In this document: positions 7,550 through 16,109 of the stretch, one piece after another
How the letters are laid out: every line of letters starts with the position of its first letter
How positions within the stretch are numbered: position 1 is the stretch's first letter
Source of the DNA: an uncultured Pseudomonadales bacterium
GTDB lineage: Bacteria; Patescibacteriota; Microgenomatia; UBA1400; RBG-16-45-19
DNA: 24,957 nt
NCBI GenBank assembly: GCA_964630135.1
Contig: CAZVUJ010000001.1
Span: 1-24,957 of the forward strand
Direction: 5' to 3'
Notes under the pieces: generated by a model
What the model was told of the DNA's origin: nothing
Seen by the model: the letters and a program-made list of their open reading frames with translations, nothing else
Databases searched by the model: none
Made by a program: the position numbers and the translations under genes

Positions 7550-8116
7550 ATGAACCGAGATCAAGCCTGGGATATTGTGTGCCAGTATGTGAAAAGTGAA
7601 TCTTTGCGCAAGCATATGCTCGCTGTTGAGGTGGCCATGCGCTCATATGCGCGCACATTTGGCGAAGCTGAAACCCAGTGGGCCATTGCCGGCCTCTTGC
7701 ATGACTTTGATTGGGAAATACACCCCACGCTTGATGAACACCCACAAAAGGGAGCCGCGATATTGCGAGAGAAAGGAGTTGAGGAGGACCTGATTCGCAC
7801 CATCCAATCTCACGCCCCACATACGGGTGTTGCCCGAGACAAACTGATAGATAAAGCCTTGTTTGCCTGTGATGAGCTGACAGGACTCATCACTGCCTGT
7901 GTCTATGTTAGACCCAGCAAGAGCATTCTGGATTTGGAAGTTACATCGATCAAAAAGAAGTTCAAAGATAAAGCCTTTGCTCGGGCTGTAAATCGGGAGG
8001 AAGTGATTCAAGGCGCAAGCGAATTAGGCGTGGATTTGTGGCAAGAACACGTCCCCCTGGTGCTCAAAGCCATGCAAGCACAGGCAGACGATCTGGGTTT
8101 AGGCGGAAATCTTTAG
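7550..8116 (+). CDS. HD-superfamily metal-dependent phosphohydrolase (COG2316-like)
   Basis: KHMLAVE, GLLHDFD, EHP, SHA, ACDELTGLI, KKKFKDKAFA; AAGGAG RBS at 7539-7544. Confidence 0.88.
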   Translation: MNRDQAWDIVCQYVKSESLRKHMLAVEVAMRSYARTFGEAETQWAIAGLLHDFDWEIHPTLDEHPQKGAAILREKGVEEDLIRTIQSHAPHTGVARDKLIDKALFACDELTGLITACVYVRPSKSILDLEVTSIKKKFKDKAFARAVNREEVIQGASELGVDLWQEHVPLVLKAMQAQADDLGLGGNL

Positions 8117-8982
8117 CGATAGAAGCGCTTTACCGCAATAAGCGAAGCAAACATCCCCAGCATCGCGCCCGACGCCATAGCCATAAGCCCGATTACCGTT
8201 AAGGTGGATAACTCTAGTGCCGTCGTCGGAATCGTATCCAAAAAAGCCAAGACCATAGCCTTGCTATATAAAACTGCCAGCATAAGCACGATCCAGGCAA
8301 CTAATGCCCCCAAAAACCCATATAAAGACCCTTCCAGGATAAACGGTCCCCGGATATACCAGGAACTGGCGCCCAACAAACGCATCGTGGCAATTTCGTG
8401 GCGTTTGCTCGCTACTTTAAGTGAGATGATCACAATAAGCACCAGCACTGAGGCAAAGGTCAATAAACTCACTACCGAGAGACCGGTCAACTGAATGGCT
8501 CTCGACCATTTCTTCAAAGCCTCCACCACGTCTTGTTGATACACGATTTCTTCAACGTGAGGAGACTCACCCATGCGCTGTCTGATAAGCGGCAGAGCCT
8601 CAATGGTTCGCGCTGATACCTCGAGTGACGCTGGGAGGATTTCGGCCGAAACCATTTCGAGCAAGAGGGGATCTTGCTTATTTTGTTCCCGATACATTCC
8701 TAAAGCTTCCTCTTTGGAAACATAGCGCACCCGCTCCACAAAACTTTCTTGCTCTAGCTCTTGTTTAACCGCCAAAATTGCCGACGGACTGGCTTCGTTG
8801 GTGAAAAATGCGGTTACTTGGGGTTGAGTTTCAAAATAGCCGAGTATTTCGTGAAACCCATACGCCAGCAGTGCAAAAGCCTGGGCCACAAAAAGTGTCA
8901 CGATAAGCATTAAAATCGCCGCGATCGACTGATAGGGCGAGCGCCGCATGTTCTTGCCGGTGTTGCGCAAAACGAGACCCAT
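8113..8982 (-). CDS. ftsX: Cell division ABC permease FtsX
   Basis: N-terminal TM, extracellular loop with YVSKEEAL and LPASLEV, then RHEIATMRLLGASSWYIRGPFILEG and three further TMs; directly downstream of ftsE. Confidence 0.9.
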   Translation of the reverse strand: MGLVLRNTGKNMRRSPYQSIAAILMLIVTLFVAQAFALLAYGFHEILGYFETQPQVTAFFTNEASPSAILAVKQELEQESFVERVRYVSKEEALGMYREQNKQDPLLLEMVSAEILPASLEVSARTIEALPLIRQRMGESPHVEEIVYQQDVVEALKKWSRAIQLTGLSVVSLLTFASVLVLIVIISLKVASKRHEIATMRLLGASSWYIRGPFILEGSLYGFLGALVAWIVLMLAVLYSKAMVLAFLDTIPTTALELSTLTVIGLMAMASGAMLGMFASLIAVKRFYR

Positions 8983-8994
8983 ACTTTGCTTTCC

Positions 8995-9765
8995 TTACTC
9001 TGCCTTATGATTCTTATGGTGGTGCTCTTTGTGTTCTGACGTGAGCTTGTGGCCAGGTTCGTGATCGCGCTTGGTTGACGTACCCTCGGCCGGTTTTGCC
9101 TCTTGGAGCGGCTTATCCTCGACAATTTTGCCGTTTTCCAAACTGATTCGGCGTTGCCTCAGTTGTTCCACGTGGTCATGGTTGTGAGTTGCCAGGATGA
9201 CGGCAGTGCCTGATGCATTGATTTTTTGGAGCAATTCTATAATTTGCCAACCGGTATCGGTGTCTAAATTCCCGGTCGGTTCATCGGCAAAAATCACTGC
9301 TGGCTCGGTGGCCATCGCCCGGGCAATCACCACTCGCTGAGCCTCACCGCCCGAAAGTTCCCCGGGAAACCTTTGTGCTTTATCGGCCAAATTAATAACC
9401 GCCAGTAATTGCTTAACCGTTGCCTCAATCACCTGGCGTGGTTTATTGAGTATCTCCATACTTAAGGCAATATTTTCAGCCGCCGTTCTGTCGGGTAGTA
9501 ACCTAAAATCCTGAAACACAATCCCGATTTGTCGCCGCAGGACGGGAATCTCTTTTGACTTCATCGACACCAAATCAAATTCCCCGACACTAATCTCCCC
9601 TTCGCTGGGCAAAATCTCGCGAATCAATAAGCGTCCCAGGGTCGTTTTGCCGGCACCTGATTTGCCAGTGATGATGACAAACTCGCCTGGATTAATCGAA
9701 AAAGTTACTCTATCCAGGGCTGTGCTGTCGCCGAAGCGTTTGGTGACGTTTTTGAAGACTATCAT
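8995..9765 (-). CDS. ftsE: Cell division ABC ATPase FtsE with His-rich C-terminal extension
   Basis: Walker A GKSGAGKT, IGIVFQDFRLL, LSGGEAQR, Walker B FADEPTGNLD, ATHN; adjacent to ftsX. Confidence 0.93.
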   Translation of the reverse strand: MIVFKNVTKRFGDSTALDRVTFSINPGEFVIITGKSGAGKTTLGRLLIREILPSEGEISVGEFDLVSMKSKEIPVLRRQIGIVFQDFRLLPDRTAAENIALSMEILNKPRQVIEATVKQLLAVINLADKAQRFPGELSGGEAQRVVIARAMATEPAVIFADEPTGNLDTDTGWQIIELLQKINASGTAVILATHNHDHVEQLRQRRISLENGKIVEDKPLQEAKPAEGTSTKRDHEPGHKLTSEHKEHHHKNHKAE

Positions 9766-9815
9766 ATCTATCTCGCAACTCTACTTTAGATAGCTTAGTG
9801 AGACATTATTAAGAA

Positions 9816-10421
9816 TTATTCTTCAACTTCAGTTGAATTTTCAGCAGCTTCCGTTGGCTCTTCTTGGAAGGGCTTGGGCGCGTCGAGTTCCATCACCTCA
9901 ACACTACCCACATCCAAGAGCCACGCCGCTTGCTGCGCTGCATAGGTTTCACCCCAAACCTCAACTTTGTGGCCCACAAAGGGATCAAGGTCTAACACCG
10001 ATGAAGTGAGATAGATTGTTTGCTTGGGTCCGCCTTCGCGCAGTAATCGGTGGGAGCCTTCTCCTTCAAGGCCGCCTTTTTCCAAGACTCCAATGCCGGT
10101 GTCCGGAAACTTATCTTTGTTCTCGCTCCCATATATCTTGCCCGTCTCCACTGGAGCATCTTCACCCTGGGGTAAATTTGCTGAAGCCGTAGGTGAGCTT
10201 GTGGACTTCTTGGGCATGGCTTTAGACAGCGCGAAACCGGTGCCAATCCCCATCAAAATGACGAGTAAGGCGCCCACAGGAATGATGAGTTTTGGAGTAG
10301 ATTTTTTTGCCATAGTGGTTTGATTTAGGTTGTTGGTAACAGGAGTAAAAGCAGTGTCCTCTTGAGGATCCATCTCTGACTGAGGTTCTTTAAAAGATAC
10401 TTTTTTAAATTCTTGATCCAT
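9816..10421 (-). CDS. Hypothetical single-pass membrane protein with a beta-rich extracellular domain
   Basis: TM LIIPVGALLVILMGIGTGFAL; domain GEGSHRLLREGG...YLTSSVLDLDPFVGHKVEVWGET...WLLDVG. GGAGG at 10434-10430 is 8 nt from ATG 10421 but only 2 nt from ATG 10427. Confidence 0.75.
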   Translation of the reverse strand: MDQEFKKVSFKEPQSEMDPQEDTAFTPVTNNLNQTTMAKKSTPKLIIPVGALLVILMGIGTGFALSKAMPKKSTSSPTASANLPQGEDAPVETGKIYGSENKDKFPDTGIGVLEKGGLEGEGSHRLLREGGPKQTIYLTSSVLDLDPFVGHKVEVWGETYAAQQAAWLLDVGSVEVMELDAPKPFQEEPTEAAENSTEVEE

Positions 10422-10460
10422 AGACATAACCTCCCCAAACGACTAACGCCTGACAAGTGC

Positions 10461-10469
10461 ATAGTAGCA
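10461..10469 (-). promoter_or_regulatory. Extended -10 promoter candidate for the hypothetical gene-ftsEX unit
   Basis: Minus strand reads TG-c-TACTAT about 40 nt upstream of the start codon. Confidence 0.45.
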
Positions 10470-10526
10470 TATTTGCACAGGCGATGAGAACCCCAAGCAA
10501 TAACTTGCTGGTAGCTAAGTTGCTGA

Positions 10527-10627
10527 TGTCATCTCGAACAAAGTCAAGAAATCCCTGCGGTATAACCTTATCTTGAAGGGATTCCTCTGTCTGTCGACCG
10601 ACAGGCCTTGACAAGCTCGGAATGTCA
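10527..10627. repeat. Degenerate ~100 nt palindromic element (REP/MITE-like or structured RNA)
   Basis: Nested inverted repeats: 10527-10537/10617-10627 (9 of 11 pair, one G-U), GTCAAG/CTTGAC (10543-48/10607-12), AATCCCT/AGGGATT (10550-56/10577-83), CTGTC/GACAG (10591-95/10600-04). Confidence 0.45.
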
Positions 10628-10712
10628 CAGCATTCGATTTTTATACAAAAAAAGGATGCTTGATGATGCGAATCAATCGCCGTTCTAGCTTTAATATATC
10701 TTAAACACCCTA

Positions 10713-11807
10713 TTATGGTAATTTGATTTCCGCTTCGATAAACAAGTCAATATCGCCATCAAGGACCGCTTGAGTGTTTGACGTTTCAACCTGGGTGCGC
10801 AGGTCTTTGACCAAATGATAAGGATGAAGCACATAGTTGCGAATTTGGGTGCCCCAACTGGCGGGCGTGTAATTGCCTTTAAGATCGGCAATTTCCTGCG
10901 CTTGTTGTTCGCGCATTAACTCTTCAAGGCGCGCTGTTAAGATCGAAAGTGCCAGTTTTCTGTTTTGGACTTGGGTGCGCTGCGCCTGGCATTCAACTAC
11001 CATGCCCGTAGGCACATGTTTAACCCGCACGGCGGTGCTCACTTTATTCACGTTTTGTCCGCCTTTACCGGAAGACCGGAAAAAGCTCCATTCCAGATCA
11101 TCTTCCTTAAGGTGAGCCTGAGTTTGATCGGTATCGATTTCCGGCAACACGGCTACTTGGGCAAACGACGTTTGCCGCAAGTTATCAGCATTGAAAGGGC
11201 TTAAACGAACCAACCGGTGCGTGCCGCTTTCTTTTTTCAAATAGCCATAGGCATGACTGCCACTGAGCAATAGGGTCACTGATTTAATACCTGTTTCTTC
11301 CCCGAATGATTCGCTGATGATTTCATACTTCCAACCCTTGCGCTCCACAAACCGTAAGTACATGCGCTTGAGCATTTCTGCCCAATCCATAGCTTCAATG
11401 CCACCCTGCCCGGCATGAACACTCAAAATTGCATTTGCCCTATCATAGGGGCCGGATAAAAACCGTTTGATTTCCAACTGTTTGAATTTTTTCTCGAGGG
11501 AAAAATAGGTTGTGGTTATCTCTTGAGTAAATGAGTCACTTTCCGCCTCCAGCTGTGCCATTTCGATAAACGCCAGTCCTTCGCTAATTTCTTTCTCCAG
11601 GGAGTCCACCAGTGCCACGTCTTCTTTTAGTGCCGATAGGGTCTGCATGGTTTCGCGGGCTTTTTCCTCCTGCTGCCAAAAGTGAGGCGAAAGCGTTACT
11701 GCCTCCAGGTTTTTGATCTGAGCCTTAAGCTCAATCACATCCAGTATCTCAGCCAACTCAGACAACCGCACCTTCAGGAACGATAGTTTCTCTTTTACTT
11801 CTTCCAT
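10713..11807 (-). CDS. prfB: Peptide chain release factor 2, single uninterrupted ORF
   Basis: GQGG, ESGTHRLVRLSPF (SPF tripeptide of RF2), GKGGQNVNK (GGQ), WGTQIRNYVLHPY. Confidence 0.97.
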   Translation of the reverse strand: MEEVKEKLSFLKVRLSELAEILDVIELKAQIKNLEAVTLSPHFWQQEEKARETMQTLSALKEDVALVDSLEKEISEGLAFIEMAQLEAESDSFTQEITTTYFSLEKKFKQLEIKRFLSGPYDRANAILSVHAGQGGIEAMDWAEMLKRMYLRFVERKGWKYEIISESFGEETGIKSVTLLLSGSHAYGYLKKESGTHRLVRLSPFNADNLRQTSFAQVAVLPEIDTDQTQAHLKEDDLEWSFFRSSGKGGQNVNKVSTAVRVKHVPTGMVVECQAQRTQVQNRKLALSILTARLEELMREQQAQEIADLKGNYTPASWGTQIRNYVLHPYHLVKDLRTQVETSNTQAVLDGDIDLFIEAEIKLP

Positions 11808-11808
11808 A

Positions 11809-12378
11809 TTACGGTGCGTCTTTCATAAACGTGTGATAATACAGGAGTGCCAGAGCTGCCCGGCTATCAATAATCTCGCCCGATTGTACCATTGCCAGTG
11901 CTTTCGCAAGTGGCAGAGCGTGAATGTTGATGTCAAAAGGCTCGTCGCCTGGTAAACTTGAAGGCACCAAGTCTCGGGCAATAAAAAGGTAGCCTGCTTG
12001 CGAACCTATATATCCGGGCAAAACATGGCTGCGGCACATAAGCTGCAGGTTTTGTGAGCGATAGCCTATTTCTTCTTGCAGTTCGAGATTCATGCGGGCT
12101 TGCGGATCTTCGTTAACAGCCAAACCGCCGGTGGGCAGCGTTAAGCAGGTCGATTCAATCCCCGCTTGATAATGTTCAAGCAACAACACCGTTTGCTCAT
12201 CGAAAAAGGGAAGGGCGCTTACTCCCGTGAGCACATTCCAATTGATCACTTCGAACGTTCGGGTATTGCCATTCCCAAAATCAATGGATTTTTCTTCCAC
12301 CGATAAAACCGAGCCGTTATAGACGGTGGCTGTGGCAGTGATTCTTTCTTTAGTTAGTGGCGGCTGGGCTTGCTTCAT
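11809..12378 (-). CDS. NUDIX hydrolase (NudE/ADP-ribose pyrophosphatase-like)
   Basis: LTLPTGGLAVNEDPQARMNLELQEEIGY Nudix box (Arg replaced by Leu), LPGY, GEIIDS. Confidence 0.85.
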   Translation of the reverse strand: MKQAQPPLTKERITATATVYNGSVLSVEEKSIDFGNGNTRTFEVINWNVLTGVSALPFFDEQTVLLLEHYQAGIESTCLTLPTGGLAVNEDPQARMNLELQEEIGYRSQNLQLMCRSHVLPGYIGSQAGYLFIARDLVPSSLPGDEPFDINIHALPLAKALAMVQSGEIIDSRAALALLYYHTFMKDAP

Positions 12379-12709
12379 GCGTGACCACTTTCTGTCCTAA
12401 TAACTCTTCACAGATTCTCACCTTCACTGAGTCAAGTTGTTGCTGTGCATACGTTTGTGCCGATTGCTGGACTAAGCGACTCGTTGATTCAGGAAGTAGA
12501 GGCGGTTTCTCGATAAATTCAGCGGCTGTTTGGCTAATGCCCAGGGTGGTCTGTCTCACCGTCTCCGCTGTTTCTGGTGATTTGAGCAGGGCTGCGTAGC
12601 GCTGCACCAGGGGATTAGGGATAATACTGGGGTCATACAACACCAAACCTAGCCCGATTAGGAGCGATATGACCAGTAAACGAACCACAACCAGGCTGAT
12701 TTTTTTCAT
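12350..12709 (-). CDS. Hypothetical membrane-anchored protein (~119 aa)
   Basis: MKKISLVVVRLLVISLLIGLGLVLY signal/anchor; ATG 12709 lies 4 nt after the GT4 stop; predicted helical C-terminus ending KVRICEELLG. Confidence 0.65.
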   Translation of the reverse strand: MKKISLVVVRLLVISLLIGLGLVLYDPSIIPNPLVQRYAALLKSPETAETVRQTTLGISQTAAEFIEKPPLLPESTSRLVQQSAQTYAQQQLDSVKVRICEELLGQKVVTHEASPAATN

Positions 12710-12713
12710 AGGC

Positions 12714-13841
12714 TTATGCCATTGTATCAATAACCTGAACCATATTCTGAATAGCTCGTGGAGTCGAGAAGATGGCGGCAGCTTTTTGAGCGGTCACTTG
12801 CCGATCAAGTGGTTGCTGCAGCAAGCTCTTGATAGCGTATGCCAAGGCTTGCGCGTTTTTAGGCTCAACGACGATGCCCGTGCCAGTGGCTTTGATAGTA
12901 GCCCTAACTCCCGGCAAATTGGTGGCAACAACGGGCGTGCCCTGAAGCATGGCTTCGGCTTGCACCATACCAAAGGCCTCAGTTTGATTCAGTGAAGGCA
13001 GCAGTAATATGTCGAGCGAGCGATATAACGCCGCCAGTTTCGCTCCTCTTAGCGTGGGCAACAAGAGATGGGGTATCTTATAGCGGGTAAGCAAATCGTT
13101 AATCCTTGCAAAGTAACGAGCCTCACCGGCCACTTCGTTTCCCTTTGGACCCACGAGCACCAGAGTCGCGGTTTTGGGCATCAGGCGCACAGCCTCAATG
13201 GCGTATTCGATCCCTTTCTCCCGGGCAATTCGGCCCACACACCCCACCCAATAGGCGCTTTTTTTAAGCTGCTTTAATTGCTTAAAGTAGGCTTCATCGA
13301 CTGACTCGTGAGCAACGGGGGGCAAACAATAGGATGTTTTAGTAGCAAAGATTTTTGCATACGGCAGACTTTCGATATAGTCTTTGGTATAAGCAATAAT
13401 GCGCTGCGACAACCACAATTGCACAATCACCACACTACGAACGAGCCAACTAAGTATTTTTTCTAAAAAGTTATTCTTTAGGGTGATATCGCAATGGAAA
13501 AGAACAATTACTTTCTTCCTCATACATTTTGCCAGCAACGCCGCCGGCAATCCCTCAACACTGGGTAAATTAATAAGTAACACATCATGTGTTTTTAGCT
13601 CCCTCCAAAAGAATAAAAGTGACTGAGGGGAGATAAACCCTTTAGACAAACGAGTCAAAAACGGCATGCGCACTACTCTTACGCCGTCAATGGTTTCTTG
13701 ATCAGCTAAGCTTGAGTCATGCTTAAAGGTCAAAACGGTGACGTGTATTTTTTCGGGCAAGTCTGGCAAAACCCTTGAAGGATACATGGTAATACCTGAC
13801 ACATAAGGCAGGTAATAGGGAGAGAAAAAAAGAAGCTTCAT
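12714..13841 (-). CDS. Glycosyltransferase family 4 (GT-B, retaining)
   Basis: FFSPYYLPYVSG, VGRIAREKG, EAFGMVQAEAM (Ex7E), GTPVVATNLPG. Confidence 0.93.
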   Translation of the reverse strand: MKLLFFSPYYLPYVSGITMYPSRVLPDLPEKIHVTVLTFKHDSSLADQETIDGVRVVRMPFLTRLSKGFISPQSLLFFWRELKTHDVLLINLPSVEGLPAALLAKCMRKKVIVLFHCDITLKNNFLEKILSWLVRSVVIVQLWLSQRIIAYTKDYIESLPYAKIFATKTSYCLPPVAHESVDEAYFKQLKQLKKSAYWVGCVGRIAREKGIEYAIEAVRLMPKTATLVLVGPKGNEVAGEARYFARINDLLTRYKIPHLLLPTLRGAKLAALYRSLDILLLPSLNQTEAFGMVQAEAMLQGTPVVATNLPGVRATIKATGTGIVVEPKNAQALAYAIKSLLQQPLDRQVTAQKAAAIFSTPRAIQNMVQVIDTMA

Positions 13842-14443
13842 GAAAGTTTTCGGTGATCAAGCGACGACTGCAAAGCTTGAAGCGCTTGCTTCAAAGTTAG
13901 ATAACTAAAGGGATAGCGAATAAAACAGCGGTCGATAAGATTGGTAATCCAGTAGACCCGACAATGACTTAAATGCTTACTTGTAGAAACGTGTTCTACG
14001 ATATCCCAATTATCCTCCATATAGATATCTAACTGCAGTTTCTCAATCATATGGGCTTTATACACATGAGGTTGCTGATTCCGTTTGTTGTAATACACTT
14101 CTTTAAAAAGTGCATCCCCGTTTACTTTCTGCAACCATTTGTCTAAATCATTTTTTAAGTAAGCAAACCGGGCGGTAATAAGATATGCTTCGATTTTTTC
14201 CTGAGCAACTAAATCACGAATAATATCAAGGCCGGGAGCGGTCATAAAACTGGAAAGGTGAAAGAGGCGAAAAATGGCTTGTTGCGCCTTAGTGTGAGGG
14301 TAAAAAAACTTGGTTTGTTTTTTGCGCAACATTCTTTTTTTGACAAACGCCACCAAGGGGCGCACCGTGCGCGTCGGGTTATATAACAGTACGCCATCTA
14401 AGTCGAAGCCAATTTTAAGCGGTGTAGGTGGGTTTGCTTTCAT
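13838..14443 (-). CDS. HAD-superfamily protein (5'(3')-nucleotidase/phosphatase-like)
   Basis: KIGFDLDGVL motif I (DxD), LITAR motif II, YKAH Lys, YMEDN motif IV; ATGA overlaps on both sides. Confidence 0.75.
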   Translation of the reverse strand: MKANPPTPLKIGFDLDGVLLYNPTRTVRPLVAFVKKRMLRKKQTKFFYPHTKAQQAIFRLFHLSSFMTAPGLDIIRDLVAQEKIEAYLITARFAYLKNDLDKWLQKVNGDALFKEVYYNKRNQQPHVYKAHMIEKLQLDIYMEDNWDIVEHVSTSKHLSHCRVYWITNLIDRCFIRYPFSYLTLKQALQALQSSLDHRKLS

Positions 14444-16104
14444 AGCGTGGCGCAGTTGTCCCTAACTGAATAAATAGTATGACCTTCGTTCTTGTTTTCA
14501 TAGAGAGGCACAAATGATTGAGCAATGGCCGAAACCTGCACGTTGGTGTCGCCAATTTCACCGGCTCCGGCAGATATAATCACATAATCAATGTGGCGCT
14601 CTTGAAGCATTGAGCAACTCTCTGCAACCGATGTGGTCGGAGCAAATATTTCTCGACTGAATGCTTCCCGCTCCCCAATATCATACCCCATTGACCACGG
14701 AAAATAACTGTAACCAAAATAAAGCAGTCTGCCCGCCAATGACGCAGGATTATAGAACTTATGGCTCGATAAAAAGACTGCTCGCTTAGGGGTATGGACT
14801 TGAATCCAACTTTGCGCTTGAGAGTTGGGTGCGTCGGGCAAAGAGATGAGTCGGTCATTAATAATCGGAGCCAAGTCGATGAATCCCGACAGTGTCAAAC
14901 CAAACACTAAAAGCGCGCTAGCCACAACTCCAACCAATCGTTTTTTGCCCAAACGAATTGCCAAGTCCGCCGCCACCATCGCCCAGAGAATTAAAGAGAA
15001 GTTAATTAATTTATGATTATTGATCATGTCAGCACTCATTTGAAACAGGTTAGCCACACCAAACAGGATGAGTGAGGAGAGCGTTAATGCTTTTATTGCT
15101 CGGCTAGACCGGAACAATGCTAAGGGGACAATGACCACATAGGCACCCACATTCCACAACCAATAGATAAGCCAATCCAGCAAACGCTCCCCCTGAGCCA
15201 AATAGCCGGGATGATAGGTGAGCATCTCTGCAAATGGCGTAACATGCTTATACAGCGGCAAGCTGGTAACACCCATAGCGGCTAGTAGAGGAATTAAAAA
15301 ACGCAGTTGCCGGGGATGCAATACGCCCCAAACAAGATAGACTATGGCAGTCATGGGAATAATGGCCTTATGAATCAAAGGGCTTACTATACTCATGCCT
15401 AACAAAACAAGGATCCAGGCCACAGACTGGTGCCGGTTTTTCCGCGAAATCTTGTGCGCCACGATGGGCCAGAGCATTACCAGTACCAAAGCATAACTTA
15501 AGCCCAGGTGGCGTTGATTCGTGTAGATGTTTAAATTCCAAAAAGCACTGATGTGGTCGCCATTCCAGGGTCCAAAATTGACGAATTCTTTGAGTGTGGC
15601 AATTGAAGCAACGCTCTCCAGGCTCAGACCATTTTGACGAAAGTAATCGATAAAGGTGAGCGAACCGTTGCAGGCAAACAGCAACACAGCAATCAATCCA
15701 GCTATCCTCGTGCCAGTAGTATGCGAAGTGATGACATAGATCATCCACAGTAGCAGCGTCAAGCCAAAGACACTGGGCAGATTGACTGCCCAATCGATAG
15801 GCAAACCACTTTTTTCCAACATTCCTGCCATGAGATAAAAACCATAATGATACTGAATCGGTTCGTGTGCATAATGAGGGTATTGCGGCGGGAAATTAGC
15901 GCCCCGAGAAAATGAGCGAATCAAGGGCAAGTGTGCCCCGAAATCACTCCACAAACGGCTGGAAATTAAAAAGTTCCCCTTCTCATAGCCAAACGTCGAA
16001 ATCATGAGATAGCTACTAAAAAAAACGATGAGAAAGCCAACTAACATATTGGGCAATGCTTTTTTAAGTCGGAGGGGCAATACGTTTGACATTGCTTGTT
16101 TCAT
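14440..16104 (-). CDS. Polytopic membrane protein, probable GT-C-type glycosyltransferase (DUF2298/YYY-like)
   Basis: About 12 hydrophobic segments; first external loop WSDFGAH with conserved-type Asp; YHYGFYL; soluble C-terminal domain ending IDYVIIS...VYSV; sits between GT2/FAD and GT4 genes. Confidence 0.65.
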   Translation of the reverse strand: MKQAMSNVLPLRLKKALPNMLVGFLIVFFSSYLMISTFGYEKGNFLISSRLWSDFGAHLPLIRSFSRGANFPPQYPHYAHEPIQYHYGFYLMAGMLEKSGLPIDWAVNLPSVFGLTLLLWMIYVITSHTTGTRIAGLIAVLLFACNGSLTFIDYFRQNGLSLESVASIATLKEFVNFGPWNGDHISAFWNLNIYTNQRHLGLSYALVLVMLWPIVAHKISRKNRHQSVAWILVLLGMSIVSPLIHKAIIPMTAIVYLVWGVLHPRQLRFLIPLLAAMGVTSLPLYKHVTPFAEMLTYHPGYLAQGERLLDWLIYWLWNVGAYVVIVPLALFRSSRAIKALTLSSLILFGVANLFQMSADMINNHKLINFSLILWAMVAADLAIRLGKKRLVGVVASALLVFGLTLSGFIDLAPIINDRLISLPDAPNSQAQSWIQVHTPKRAVFLSSHKFYNPASLAGRLLYFGYSYFPWSMGYDIGEREAFSREIFAPTTSVAESCSMLQERHIDYVIISAGAGEIGDTNVQVSAIAQSFVPLYENKNEGHTIYSVRDNCATL

Positions 16105-16109
16105 GCGGA

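Noticed and set aside
10608-10640. TTGACA on the + strand suggesting an antisense promoter toward prfB
   Set aside because: No -10-like hexamer at 16-18 bp; the hexamer is part of the palindromic element.
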